A stretch of DNA of 64,000 nucleotides from Malacoraja senta (Eukaryota). The DNA lies in the NCBI GenBank assembly GCA_038087875.1, contig JAXLNO010002284.1, positions 62,001 through 126,000 on the forward strand. The letters are read 5' to 3'. This document shows, piece by piece, positions 11,984 through 25,808 of this stretch; positions within the stretch are counted from its first letter, which is position 1; each line of letters opens with the position of its first letter. The notes under the pieces are model-generated. The model was not told the origin of the DNA. It ran no database searches and worked only from the letters and a program-made list of their open reading frames with translations. A program made the position numbers and the translations under genes.

Positions 11984-13641
11984 TGCTTTACAATGTGACT
12001 GTTAATTATTTGTTTCTTCTATTTTTCTAATTAACATACTTTTCTAAATCTTAAACTAATTACTTTCATTTTAATAATGTTAAAGAATCTGCCTGTCAAG
12101 GTATTTACAAATGACTAAGATTAGTGAGCAAACTTCATCCTCAACTTTGACTACTGTCAAAGGGACTCAGAGTAATTTAAGGCAGGAGACTATGGCCCTT
12201 GTCAATGTCCTACTGTGGGATCCAATCTGGCAAGTACTGTATGAAAGCCCCTCAGCACTCATTGGCATTAAACATGAAATAATAGACCTCAACAGAAATG
12301 AGCAAGGAGATGGATCACATTTAGGCAGAGATTAACTTAACTTGGTATCATGTTCAGTGTTGACATTGTGGGCCAAAGGACTTATTCCTGTGCTGTACTG
12401 TTCTGTGTTCTAATATCTCCAGTGGCAACGTGCTGAGGTTAAACATGTATGTGAGACAATGGGAATATTTAGACGTGTAATTAGAACATAGGTAAATGTG
12501 AAATAAGTCCACCAGTGTCTTAATTGGGAAAGTAAGAAAAATATGGCCAATTTATTGCTGTGCCAGACACACTTAGAGTGAGGTAAGAAAGGATTTTTCA
12601 ATGAATGAAATTTTACTTGCATGGGAGAATTGAAAAAGTGCTGTGAAGAGTTAATATTTGAGGATTTTAATTTAAAAAATGGTTCCAATGCATTACTGTC
12701 ACAAAGATTGCTTCCATCTGCAATGACAGAATACGAAACATATTTTCTGTATACAGTTATATCAAATCCATAATGTTCATTAGGTTTACATAAAAACTTC
12801 CAAACATCCACCGATAAACAAGCTTTTTTTGGTGCAACTTGAAGCAATCATACAGAAATTTTGAACTACATGTGCCAAAATTATAAAATGAAAAGATGAA
12901 CTGCTTGTTATTTCCCAGTGGTTAAAATAAGGGCACAGAGACAAAAAAAATGAAGGAAAAAAGAACACATGATCTATCTTTGCCTTTCTTTGGCAGCGAG
13001 TTACCATTTTCTTTTGTAATATGAATTCTATTTTGTTGATATAAAACATATTAATACTCTGTAATATATTTTGGCATGTCACACAAATGAAAATGGTAAT
13101 TTTACTTAGTTTTACAATGCTTAATTTCTATGAACTCACTATAGTAATTTAAGCTAACAAACTACTGCTAACATCATCTGGGCATTATTTGTCAAAAAAA
13201 TAAGTTTGATCAAAGATATTAATTTTCATTTATTTGCTGTCTTCCCATTTAGACTTTGACCTGAATTGTCAGATATGCTGACTGATAAATCATTAAAAAT
13301 AACACTACTCGCTTAAAGAGTATTCCATTCTAGACTAACACAAATTTTCAAAGCTAATACATATTTTAAATGCTTCATATCCCATGATTTGAAAGGCTCT
13401 GTCATTTTCATTGATAAATGATATTAAAAATGTATTGAGTGCAATTACTTTCTGTTGCTTTGATTTCCCACCGCCCATCATAAGTAACATACACAACAAG
13501 AAATTAAATCTGAAGGATATTTAAAATCAGCATGAGCTGTGACATCATGTGAAAGTTGTCTCCATAATTCCATGCTCAAAACCTTGCAGGTATACAAACA
13601 TTAGCAATAAAGATAAGCTACAGTAAGAGAGGAATTATTAA

Positions 13642-13940
13642 TTTGGTTTGGTTTTGAGTTCATAGAGCATGTAAAATGGTCCTTTGGCCCACCGAGTCTA
13701 CGCTGACCATCGATCACCCGTTCGCACGAGTTCTGTTTTTCCATCCAATCCCTGCACACTAGGGATTATTAACCTACAATTAACCTGCAAAGAAGCACGT
13801 CTTGGAGATGTAGAAGGAACCCCATGAGATCACCGGGAGAACGTGTAAACTCCACACAGACAGTACCCGAGGTTAGGATCATATCCAGGTCTCTGAAGCT
13901 GTGAGGCAGTGGCTCTACCAGTTGAGCTACTGTGCCTCCC
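13642..13940 (-). mobile_element. HE1-type tRNA-derived SINE
   Basis: tRNA-like head, V-domain core gagtttacacgttctcc, CR1-like tail gggccaaagg. Confidence 0.8.
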
Positions 13941-14110
13941 AAGTTAACACTTTATTTTCTTTCAGTTTAATATAGTGGTCAGTATTGTGATTAAGATAAA
14001 TGCTTAAGTTTCATGTAATTAGCACAGACTGTATAAAATGGTAACTTTCAGTAATATGTGAAGACTTGTGAAAATATAAGGCATTCAGTTTTACTGTGCA
14101 TTTTACTCAC

Positions 14111-14563
14111 CAACCAAAAATGCTGTGCCAAAAATTCTCCCATTCTGTTCCAGGATGTCATGCATTTGTAACTGGCATGCTGCAATGGTTTCATAGTCTG
14201 TGCCATAAGCGAGCTGTACCTCTAGTTTGACTGTGCTTTTCTGCAAATACTGCAGGAAGAAATCGTCCACTCGGACAACATATTGTGATGTGAAATCAAA
14301 CACTGGCTGCAGCCCTTGTCTTACAGGAGTAGACTGGAGTTCAAAATCATAGAATGCATAGGTGCAGAAAGTGGCAGGTTCTTGCTCACCAAAAACCTTA
14401 ATGGCTTCAGGAGAGAAGTTCACTTTGCTGATATGGATCTCAAATAAGTTTTCTCCACGCTCTAAATGGACAGTTACATCAAGTTCATCAGTTTCATCAT
14501 CGGTTGTTGATTCTGGTTTGAATTTGAATTGTTTGGTGCCATAGGCTATGTCTTTGAGTTGGG
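14111..14563 (-). CDS. RPGRIP1L: RPGRIP1L exon 15 (first C2 domain)
   Basis: [17 protein letters not shown]...[13 protein letters not shown]...[13 protein letters not shown]...FTSQY...[11 protein letters not shown]; 453 nt; |gtgagt. Confidence 0.98.
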
Positions 14564-15385
14564 CTGAAAAAGATGAAAACGCATGCAAATATTTAATATT
14601 TTTCAGTAATGCAATTTTCTCCGTGGCAAACAGACGATATAGAACATACACACTATAGTTATCATATTTTTAACTAGTTCTTCAGCACAGAAGATTGAAA
14701 ATACCTCTGCAGATTGCTGGAATATGAGCTATTCAGCATACAAGGATTACAACTTGACATTTATTCTGGGATAAATTAGATGAAACACTGCATACCAAAG
14801 GCCTTTTTAACACACAGCAGGGACATCTTAATTAAATCTTCCAAGAGGATATTACATAGAAGGGTGTTTGCTAATGATCCCGCTTTTGAAAAGGTGATTA
14901 ACCCATAATGCACCCAAAATGCAGGAGAAGAAAAATCATTGATTATTTGAGCAAAAGTAGAAATTTAAAAGATTTCGTCACTATTATGTAAAAAACACAA
15001 AATATTAGCGTAACCACTTGAAATGAACCTTCTGTTACGGAAGCAACAAACATGAATTTCCATATTGGTGGATGATTTTCTTCTATTTCTAACAAAACTT
15101 TTAGTAAATTTTTTACACATTTGTTTACACTTTCACTTGAAATAACGACTAGAATAAGTTTTACCCCATTCAAGGACAGGCAGAAACAAAGCACTGTCAT
15201 GTAGAAAAGAAAAGTAGTCAATGCTGCTTTATTTGTCACATATGCAACTGCACACTGAAATTATTTTTGCATATATTACACATGTGGGCGTAAATCGCCA
15301 GAAAACTTGCGCAGATTTAATGCAAGTTTAAAAGCCACAATTCCTCGTTTATCTTACATTCGGAGAAGAACTAAGAATTTGTCAA

Positions 15386-15447
15386 ATATATATATACCTG
15401 CTATGTATATATATATATAAATAAATAAATATATATATATAAATATA
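15386..15447. repeat. Imperfect (TA)n/(TAAA)n microsatellite
   Basis: Direct reading. Confidence 0.8.
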
Positions 15448-16754
15448 GGTAAAAATATTTTTGTATCTTCAAACATGGTGCTCGGTTTACGGTTATCTAC
15501 AACTATCCCTTCATGAACACAATTTTCTTGCTTTCAATCAATATTTCTTCTTATAAGCTGCTTCCTTAAGCAGCAAATCTAGGGCACTGAACAATGCCAA
15601 TTTATATTTTTACTTTTTAAGCCATGGCTTAAATGTGCAAGATTTTACAACCAACAATGGCACGTAGATTAAAACAGGCTGCCGATTTTTGTCATACTGT
15701 TGTAAATCACATATAAATTACCTACATTATTTTTTTCAGTCTTGGATGTATCCTGCAATTCACCCAGATTTTTTTTATTGAAAAATAGTCGAGTCGGCAG
15801 GAGGTCCAAAAAACAGACAATTGTGGAATCTTTGTGAACATCAAAAAAAGCCTAATGCAGTAGATTGATAGTTTATATCATCTAAACTCTGTAATTCTCT
15901 TGGTACCATACATTAAATTTAATAGCGAGCATTAGTGCTGCTACTGTGGTATGCTGTTTCATTTGGTGCTTGTGAAACCAGTATCTAATAATTAGCCATT
16001 GTCTTGAGCTACTTCCATGCTACTAAATGGAATGCCACTACTCCAATCCTCAAATGTTCCTTTTTGATGCAACATAATTATTTTTACTTGTATGAATAAC
16101 CATTTCATGAATAGATAAGTATCTTTTCAATCCCTGTGCTTATAAATTCAGATCTTATGACATTTTGAGTATCCTGATACATTCTTTAGACTATAGTTCT
16201 GTAAGTATGTGTGCTGTATAGTTTCAGCTGGAAGACTGGGCAGAGGTAAAGCATGAACCTCAGCCTTTCTCTAGTGAAGGACCAGAAGCCTTATTCTGTT
16301 CTAAATTAACCTTGGATGTTGCTGCATAATGTTTCCCTTTGTTGTTAATGATAAACCCTCCTCACATATTTACTGTCACATGTGTCCGGATAGGAAGCCT
16401 GGGTAGGAACTGTTGTCCAGATAAGGTGCTTTCCATCTACAGCCTGCGAGAACAAAGCCCTCAGAAAAGAGCAGAGGGAAAGAAATGCCCCTCAACTTTA
16501 CTTCAGCAATATACAAAAATAGTTGACGTTTTATAGAGTAACAACATCCATACTGATAGATGCTGCAAAAACATTTCTGAAGGCACTTTATTGATTGCGA
16601 ACTATACATGCACAACAGTTAATTCAGATACAAAAATAATAAGGAACCAGATGCTAGGACCTATATTCTTCCATTTTCATAAAAATGTTTGTAATATTTA
16701 TATCTGAAATGAAAAATATTTTCAACAATTGTCTTTAAAGTTGTTTCAACATAC

Positions 16755-16872
16755 CTTCAAGTTTTCTGATTCGTTCAGCTCTAACATCAAGTAGTTGCGC
16801 ATACTGTTCCAGTTTCATCTCATATTCTCGATCATTATCTTCCATTTTCTTGGTCACAGTGTTAACCTCATT
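16755..16872 (-). CDS. RPGRIP1L: RPGRIP1L exon 14
   Basis: NEVNTVTKKMEDNDREYEMKLEQYAQLLDVRAERIRKLE; 118 nt; |gtatgt. Confidence 0.95.
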
Positions 16873-19800
16873 CTAAAAATAAGTGTCCAAGAAGAAAACT
16901 AGATAATTACATACTTTCTGATTATACTATTATGAAAATAAATCGAAGTTAATATTATTTCAGAAAATAATGTCAAAATGTAACATTTTGGTGGCCTCTG
17001 CACAATTGTGCTTACCAATATTTCACATGTGACTTAAAACAGAAACTGTATTCAGCTTCAATACAATTCATTCCCTGTTTTTTTTAATTTGATTTGTTAA
17101 ATAATTCAATTTATTATTTTAAGCTTTTAATTGAAAACTGAATTCAAACGGAGTTCAAATTTATACATTGATTACAGTTCATTAATTAATCACAATTACT
17201 GGTGGCAATTGAGATGAGTATTTATCAACATTTATAAATCTCTGGCAGAAGGCAATACTTGGCTTCGTGTCCAGCAAAAGAACAAGAAATGTTGCCTTGT
17301 TTAGAGGAGATTCATTCCTTAGTATTTTTTTCAAATACTCCATTTGAATGACATTCTGAAGAAGGCCTGAATGCGGGACATAGACTGGCTTTTTGCTACT
17401 TTGGTAGTCTCCAAATGTAATTTTGCTCAGTGCACCAAACTGGTGGAAATATCTACAGGTTATACAGTGAAAACAAGGCTATCTCTATTGTAATGCTCAT
17501 TGTGAAGCATTGGCCATAATAACTGCTTAGTTTCAAAGCCCAATGTATTGTGGAACAGAGCAAACTTGCCAGGTATCTGCAATAATACTGCAGATCACCC
17601 CTATTATAGACTGCATCTGTAAGATCTATGTTTATATACCTTCAACTGGTTTGTATAATGTGGATTGTTCTGAGTAAGATTCAAAACAGTATTATTATAA
17701 TTGTGCTAATACAAGGCTCCATGCTGTTTGCTAACAAAGCGACAATGTAAGATTCATTGTACAGCAAAATAAGGCTACTCCAGCTCATAAAGAAAGGAAC
17801 TATCAATTTACTCTCATTTTATATTCACGTGCAAATTCCAGCATTTGATAGTACATAAAACTATCCAATAGATATTTTGCAAAAATCCATTGCAATGATT
17901 AAGTTTATGAGATTAAAAATTTCTGGTAAATCAATTTAACTGCTACGAAGAAGCATTCAAATTACAGAGTAGTTTAAATGAGAAAGTTTACAAGGCAGGG
18001 GAAGAAAAATCGACCGGTGAGGATATCTTTGAATTTAAAAGACCCATGTGAGGCACTACATAATTCACAGATTTCCTCAAGTGGACTTGTTTTAAATCAG
18101 TTAGATCACTTCAGGATGTATAGAGTAAAATCATACATAAATTTAATACAAAGATTATACTTTGAAAACCACTCGCTTAATTCAGAAACAAATAAAACCA
18201 AACCCTAAGCTTGGCTGCACACACGGTGGCATTTCAGTTTTATGTGCAGGGATTCCTTGATCATTTGTAAAGCCACAATTCTGTAGAAATAGTGATTCAT
18301 AAATAATAATTATTGATTTGTCTGGTCACAAGTTAAATAGACTGTCTTACAGAATCTGAATTATGTTTCTTATTCCTTCTCGTGCACATTTACCTCTTCA
18401 TTACAGTTGTTATGATAAATTGAAGATTATTTGGTGCCACTATTCATATAAATATACATTATTTATATTCTGTAAGGACCTCTTTTGCATTATATATAAT
18501 TAGTTGTTTTCATAGTGATGCTAGAATTCAGTTACCATATATTATCTACGATATTTAATACAGTGAATCTGATGGGATTTTGTAAAGAGCAAATAGAATC
18601 CAAAAATAAATTACATTTTATCAAAAGACCAGTTATGAACTTGAAATGATTTCATTCCCTTTCACTCGGCTTAAAGATGAAGTTAACTGTCGAAGTAAAA
18701 TGATACTATTAACATGCCTGGTGATGAATAAGTATGTCTATTTAATCTTTTTTCAAAAGCCCTGGCATGAAAAGAAAACCAATAGGCTCACTTATTACAA
18801 AAAAAATACATATAATTAAATTACTTTATTTTTCTGCTACATAGCAATTTTAGATAGCATCCAGTCATATTACAAGAAAACATTTTTTTAAATTATTAGA
18901 GCAACTGTTGCTACTCATATTTTAATGTTCCCCTACTTTCTCTTAATTGCTTTCTTTAAAAAGAATCCCCAGTAAGAATAACAAGTTTAGGTTTACTTAA
19001 AGACTCCTTTCTCTGCTTAAAAATATAGCTCCAGTACATTACGAATGACACAAAAGCTAACATTGATTTTCTTCCTCATGAATTGACAGAAGTCATCCAA
19101 TCTACTTTTCATTAATTTGTAAATGTATCAAATTGGCAACATATTTAAGCCTCTTCTAAATATTCAAATTGCCACTTGTCTAATTATTTCCACATTCAGA
19201 ATACGTGGCAGTCACGCTTCTGGAGCTTCCCTTCAAGTTTATTACATCGGCGAATGAAGAAAAATAGAATGGCTTAACAGAAAATAGATTTTCTTTTTTA
19301 GTAGCTTAGTCCTTTTTCACAAGATTGGAATTTAGAGTGAAAGAAACTGAATTTTACTTACTTATGGTCTACATCTATTATGATATTTGAACTCATTTGC
19401 TTGCAAAAATTGTGTTCCTCAGAATTAATAAACAAATCCCTACAAATCATTTAACATGTTTACATTCTGAAGATTTGTACTTGGGAATTTAGAAAGAGGC
19501 TCAATCATAAAAATCAGAAACAAAGTCACATCTCGTTACTTATTTTCACTTCTTAGTACATGAAAAATAGATGAGAAATTTGCTCAAAATTACTTCCAGA
19601 GAATTTCTAGCTGATCTTTGGCCTCACTCACTTTGTGACCAGGTCTAAGATTGTTTGAACTGTATTTGAAAACTGCAGTGCCAGAGGATGATGTACTATT
19701 TTCTGGCCTCAACATGCACTGGATTCTAAGATCCCAACATATGCATAGAAAGCCAGCAAGGAGGATATCAACTTGGCTTGCATGCGGAATGCCTTTTAAA

Positions 19801-20106
19801 ATGTCCACAGGGTTTTAAATGTAATTTAAAAATATTCCTTCAATTGTTTCATGAACCTTTATGCTACTTGCTTTTATTTTTTGCTTTTTCCGAAGATCTT
19901 TCTAAGACAAGTCTTAGAGAGTATCAAGAATTAGTAAAGTAAATCCATGGGATCAAAGTAATCAAGAAATTAAAAATCAAGGAAATCCAAGGGAAAATGA
20001 CACTTTGAATTCAAAAATGGATCAGGACTTGATAGTAAAGTCAACAGGATAGTTAGCTTTATAGGCCAAGGCATGTCTTGAGTGTACAAAACAAATTAGA
20101 AACAAT

Positions 20107-20424
20107 GGGCGGCACGGTGGCACAGCAGTTGAGTTGTTGCCTTACAGCGTTGCAGCGCCGGAGACCCGGGTTCGATCCCGACCACGGCTGCTATCTGTAC
20201 GGAGTTTGTACGTTCTCCCCATGACTGCGTGGGTTTTCTCAGAGATCTTCGGTTTTCTCCCACACCCCAAAGACGTATGGGTATGTAGGTTAATTGGCTT
20301 GGTGTATGTGTAAATTGTCCCTAGTGTGTGTAGGATAGTGTTAATGTGCGGGGATGGCTGGTCAGTGCGGACTCGGTGGGCCAAAGGGCCTGTTTCCGCG
20401 CTGTATCTCTAAACTAAACTAACT
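20107..20424 (+). mobile_element. HE1-type SINE, near full length
   Basis: gggcggcacggtggcacagc (A box)...gggttcgatcc (B box)...gggccaaagggcctgtttccgcgctgtatctct(aaact)n. Confidence 0.92.
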
Positions 20425-20838
20425 ACCTGTTTATTCATAAAATGTTAGTGTTGTTATCAGGATCTGTTGGTCTGACTCTCTGATATTACTGTATTCAGCT
20501 TCAGAAAATTTGTTCGCCTGAAATCAGGTATTTAAAATTGTCTCTCATTGTGCATTTAAAATCATAAACTTTAATCCACATGGCACACCTAATCAACAAT
20601 AATTTCTGACTTAATATGGAAAATATGTCAATGCACTCATGGGGAAGAAAATGTCAACAAGCTGATGATAATGCTGAGGGAGAAATGACTTAGAGCATGT
20701 GCCAATTATTGTATTAATATTTCCATTAAAGTTTCCAGCCACATAGCTCATTTCTTCATGGCATTCTTCATTTGCACCGTCATAAAAGTGGTATTATGTT
20801 TGAAATATTTGCTCTATCTTTTTAATGTAGAAAACTAC

Positions 20839-21018
20839 CTGATAGTCTTTATTAATCTTGTATTGCATAAATAGCAGGTTTCTTGTCTTTTCAAGTTCCT
20901 GAACGGTCTCCGCGTGCGTTGCCTGAAGCTCTCGTATGGAGATCTCGGAATCCTTACTAATGCTGTCCTCTACCTTCTCCAGAAATTCAAGATTTCCATT
21001 TTCCTGATGCTTACGAAC
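20839..21018 (-). CDS. RPGRIP1L: RPGRIP1L exon 13
   Basis: [16 protein letters not shown]...[32 protein letters not shown]; 180 nt. Confidence 0.96.
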
Positions 21019-21267
21019 CTATAACATAGATAAAAGTACATGACTGAGTAAAGACAAATCCTCCCTTCTAGGCAGCTTTGTTCGACTAGTTACAAACAAA
21101 ATCAACTACAATTTTAATGGTCAAGTGGAAGTTAGTGAAGAAAATCAAAAATGTAGAAGCTGAAAATCTGAAATGATCAGAATGGTCATCAACAGGTAAG
21201 TGTGCATATCCAGAAAAAGAAATTACATTCCAGGATGAAAATCTTAGATCAGAAATGGAGAAAGTAA

Positions 21268-23068
21268 AAGGGCTGTCTCACTGTGCGAGTTGACCCACGA
21301 GTGACCCCGAGTTTAAAACAAATTTAACTCGTGGTAATCACGTACAATTAACGTAGCGGGAACATCGGAACTCGTGGACGCAACTTAGCGACTCTTGGCG
21401 CTAACGGGAGGTACACGTGAAACTTGTTAACTCTTGCAAAAGTTCAAACATGTTTGAACTTTTCCACGAGTAAAATGTACTCTTGTGGTTAAAAATTGAA
21501 ACATTTAAACTCGTTGTAAGAACGTAGTGGCCCGTGCGTTTAACTTTGTGACTCGTGATTCTACCGTGGGAACTCTTTTTAGAAACAATAATCAGGGACA
21601 GAAATATCAGTTACTTAGACTTTTTAAAGACAAATTCTGCTTAACAAAGTTAAGCAAGTTATTGATAAGGTGACAGAGTGGGTTGAAAAGAAAAAATTGC
21701 TTGAAGTTTATATATAAATTTGTGTTGTGTTGTGTTGAAAAGCTTTTTGCTGATCCGTTTGATTCTCACTGTTTGTTTACTTCATTGCACAATAAAAGAG
21801 AGTTCTTTGCTATCAAGATCAAATTGATGTCTGGAAGTCTTCATTTTAATATCACTACAAAGTCTCATGACTTGAATTTAATATTCCTTTCATCATAAAA
21901 CACAAAATAGAGGAAGGCAAAATATATTCACATCTAGATTCTCACAATCATTTGTGAGATTTAAGGACAGCTGCCTCATATGCTGTGCTTTTTAAATGTT
22001 TAAAATTGTCACCTCTCAGTAGATCAGAAAATAAGACAAAGTCTTATGTGAAACAAATGTCTTGAATGTGAAACAAAGTCTTTATTCTTGTTCAATATAA
22101 AAAACGCTATTTTGCGCATATTGAGAAAAGTAGCACCACACAGCAAACAGTGGTCTGAAAAGGGCATACATGAAAATCAACAAATGAAGCACAAATACAA
22201 GTATTTCCACTATATACTAATTCAGCTGAGAAATGCACTAGTCTAAATTCAGGCAATAAAAGATACAATGCAATGCGCTAAATGACAAGTTTTGAGATCT
22301 ACAATCAGATAAGCAGATGCATGATAACCACGTTTTAAAGGAAAGACAGATGCAATGAAATTACTTTTACACCACAATAAAAAATAAAATCCACACTTAA
22401 AGTTAAACAATGAAAAGTCAGCAGGATTTAAACTAAACATGAAATTAACTGGATTTTTCTGCATGTGGGCTCTCCTCATGCAGTGATGTACCTGTGGTAG
22501 GCAGCCGCTCAAAATAAGCTGTCCTGCCACGGCACACTGCCCAATTCTGAATTATAGTAGGAGCAGAGATGGTCTCTCTGCTCTTTTGCACTGTTGGTCC
22601 CCGTGTTACCTTGAAAACACTGCAGTGGCACCAAAGTCTCGTCGTTTGGACCACTCCTCCACGCACCTAGTGTTATTCTCCCTGTTTGACTGTCCACTAA
22701 GTCACCGTCCTGCATGGCTGTTGCTGATCCTGAAGCTGCACCTCTGATACGGATCAGGTTGTGCAGAACACATGCAGCAAACACAATAGTCTCGACGTTC
22801 TTTGGCTGGCATGACATCATTTTTTTAACATGTGATGATTTTTCAACACTTCGATATACATTGTTGCCTCAAGATTAACGGGAGAGGAACTTGGTACACT
22901 CGGGAGACGAACTTGGAACATCGCAGAAATGAGAAGTAAACGGCAAACTTAGACATACCCGTGGGAACTCGGTTAAACTCTGGATCATAAACTTGTAGTC
23001 TCGTACGCAACCACGAGTCTTTCACTCGGGGTCACTCGTGGGTCAACTCGCACAGTGAGACAGACCTT
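21268..23068 (-). mobile_element. Internally deleted PIF/Harbinger transposon
   Basis: About 45-bp TIR aagg(g/t)ctgtctcactgtgcgagttgacccacgagtgaccccgagt; TAA/TTA flanks; ORF 22509-22820 (ACVLHN...GAWR...RDHL...GSVPWQ) is a Harbinger DDE transposase C-terminus. Confidence 0.92.
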
Positions 23069-23269
23069 TTAGAGATTAAATATGTTTAAGGAAGTAGGTT
23101 CACACGAAAAGGGACAGGTGCAAAAAGGTGTCAGTGATAATAATGAAGGCAAGATGGATGTAATAATGTTGAGCTTCACCAAATGTGCCTGGCAGTACAG
23201 GGTAGGATGATTAAGAAAATCAAAGTGACAAGTGAACTTGCATATGAACAAGAGGGGCAAAGTGAGAGG

Positions 23270-23522
23270 AGCAAAGATTAAAGGAGATGTGCAGGACAAG
23301 GATTTTTTACACAGAGAATAGTGGGTGCCTGGAACGTTTTTCCAGGAATGATGTTGGAAGCTTTTATGATTGTGGCATTCAAGAGGCTTTCAGATAGGCA
23401 CATGGAAATGCAGGAAACGGAGAGATATGGAGTGCGCAGGTAGAAGATTAGTTTAACTTAGCATCATGCTCAGCACAGTTATTGTGGGCTGAAGGGCCTG
23501 TGCATTTGCTACACTGTTCTAT
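23270..23522 (+). mobile_element. CR1 3' fragment
   Basis: ttttttacacagagaatagtgggtgcctggaac...gggctgaagggcctgt. Confidence 0.8.
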
Positions 23523-23876
23523 TACCTTATAATTCTGATCTGACCTTCAGATTCCCAAAAGATTGCAGTGAACAACCACTCTCAACAATACGAATATAAA
23601 TATATGCAGAACTTCTGAAAATGCTCTAATTAATTGTTATTGTGTGAATTAAATACCAACTAAGTCAAAATAAACTAAATATCGCTTTTCTCTAACAAAT
23701 TTTCCCTTCTCTTTTTGAGGTTTTTGTTTATTTGGGCTGCAATAGGCACTTGAAGATCACCAATGAATTGGCCTCTTGAAATGCTAGTCACTGCAATCAG
23801 GGCATATAAGGGTCAGATTGTTATTAGACCACAGAGCAGACGTGAATTGGAAAAGGGATCAACTTCTTTACAGTAC

Positions 23877-23927
23877 CTTTATGAGCATCAGTGCTTCACT
23901 AAGTTCAGCCACATCAATATCACTCTC
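23877..23927 (-). CDS. RPGRIP1L: RPGRIP1L exon 12
   Basis: ESDIDVAELSEALMLIK; 51 nt; phase 0/0. Confidence 0.94.
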
Positions 23928-24193
23928 CTGAAATTAAAATAGTCAATAAAAGGCCTTATTAAATGGAAATGAATAATACAGGCATAACTGAAAATGACAT
24001 AGTAGATTCTCACCAAATATGACATTTGGCTTGAATATCATGAATAAATAAACTATCACATTTTTACATTCTCTTTTTTGAGGCTTTATGATGCATAAAA
24101 CTAGTATACTTATGACATGCATAAAACATTTCAAGCATTCCACCGTCATATTCTAGCTGATATAAATTGAGTTCAGGTAGGTAAGCATCTTAC

Positions 24194-24300
24194 TTTGGTG
24201 AAAAACTTCATGCGATCTTTTAGTTCATCCAACTGTTGCTTGTGTTCCAGATAGTGCAACTGGAGTTCTTTGTTCTCCTGGGAGAGTCGTTCGTTTTGCG
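24194..24300 (-). CDS. RPGRIP1L: RPGRIP1L exon 11
   Basis: [35 protein letters not shown]; 107 nt; gtcag| and |gtaaga. Confidence 0.94.
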
Positions 24301-25289
24301 CTGACATTCGTCCAAGAATAAACGGAACGACGCAAAAGTTAAACCAGACAACAATGCGTTAAATTAAAATGTAATCATGACAGTGGTAAAGGAAATCAAG
24401 CATGCAGAAACTCAAATGCTGACCACAATTCCTTTTGAAACGCTGAGGGAAAATTTCCCCTGCATACTGCATATATACAGCACCCTCCATAATGTTTGGG
24501 ACAAAGACCCGTCATTTATTTATTTGCCTCTGTACTCCACAATTTGAGATTTGTAATTAAAAAAATCACATGTGGTTAAAGTACACATTGTCAGATTTTA
24601 ATTAAGGCAATTTTCATACATTTTGGTTTCACCATGTAGAAATTACAGCACTGTTTACACATACTCCCACCATTTCAGGGCACCATAATGTTTGGGACAC
24701 AGCAATGTCATGTAAATGAAAGTAGTCATGTTTAGTATTCTGTTGCATATCCTTTGCATGCAATGACTGCTTGAAGTCTGCGATTCATGGACATCACCAG
24801 ATGCTGGGTGGCTTCTCTGGTGATGCTCTGCCAGGCCTGTATTGCAGCCATCTTTAGCTTATGCTTGTTTTGGGGGCTAGTCCCCTTCAGTTCTCTCTTC
24901 AGCATATAAAAGGCATGCTCAATTGGGTTCAGATCGGGTGATTGACGGCCACTTTTTAGCTTTGAAAAACTCCTTTTGTGCTTTAGCAATATGTTTGGGG
25001 TCATTGTCTTGCTGTAGAATGAACCGCCGGCCAATGAGTTTTGAGGCATTTGTTTAAACTTGAACAAATAGGATGTGTCTATACACTTCAGAATTCATTA
25101 TGCTACTACCACCAGCAATTGTATCAACGACAATAAGTGAGCCAGTACCTTCAGCAGCCATACATGCCCAGGCCATAACAACCCCACCATCGTATTTCAC
25201 AGATGAGGTGGTATGCTTTGGATCTTGGACAGTTCCTTCTCATCTCCATACTTGGCTCTTGCCATCACTCTGATATAAGTTAATCTTAA

Positions 25290-25382
25290 GGTAGACAAAA
25301 ATGCTGGAGAAACTCAGCAGGTGAGGCAGCATCTATGGAGCGAAGGAATAGGTGACATTTCGGGTCGAGACCCTTCTTCACT
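25290..25382 (-). mobile_element. 93-bp PLE-derived element nested in Tc1
   Basis: TSD gttaatcttaa at 25279-25289 and 25383-25393; 5' end lies in the hammerhead core. Confidence 0.9.
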
Positions 25383-25808
25383 GTTAATCTTAATCTCATC
25401 TGTCCACAAGACCTTTTTCCAGAACTGTGGTTGCTCTTTTAAGTACTTCTTGGCAAACTGCAACCCAGCCATCCTATTTTTGCAGCTAACTGGTGGTTTG
25501 CATCTTGCAGTGCAGCCTCTGTATTTCTGTTCATGAAGTCTTCTGCGGACAGTGGTCATTGACAAATCCACACCTGAAGAGTGTTTCTGATCTGTCGGAC
25601 AGGTGTTTGGGGATATTTCTTTATTATAGAGAGACTTCTGTCATCAGCTGTGGAGGTCTTCCTTGGCCTGCCAGTCCCTTTGCGATTAGTAAGCTCACCA
25701 GTGCTCTCTTTCTTCTTAATGATGTTCCAAACAGGTGATTTTGGTAAGCCTAAGGTTTGGCTGATGTCTCTAACAGTTTTATTCTTGTTTCTCAATCTCA
25801 TATTGGCT

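Noticed and set aside
19590-19808. 72-aa minus-strand ORF as an extra exon
   Set aside because: No homology, weak splice signals; exons 13 and 14 join in frame.
20107-20180. tRNA gene
   Set aside because: A/B boxes belong to the HE1 SINE head and continue into SINE core and LINE tail.
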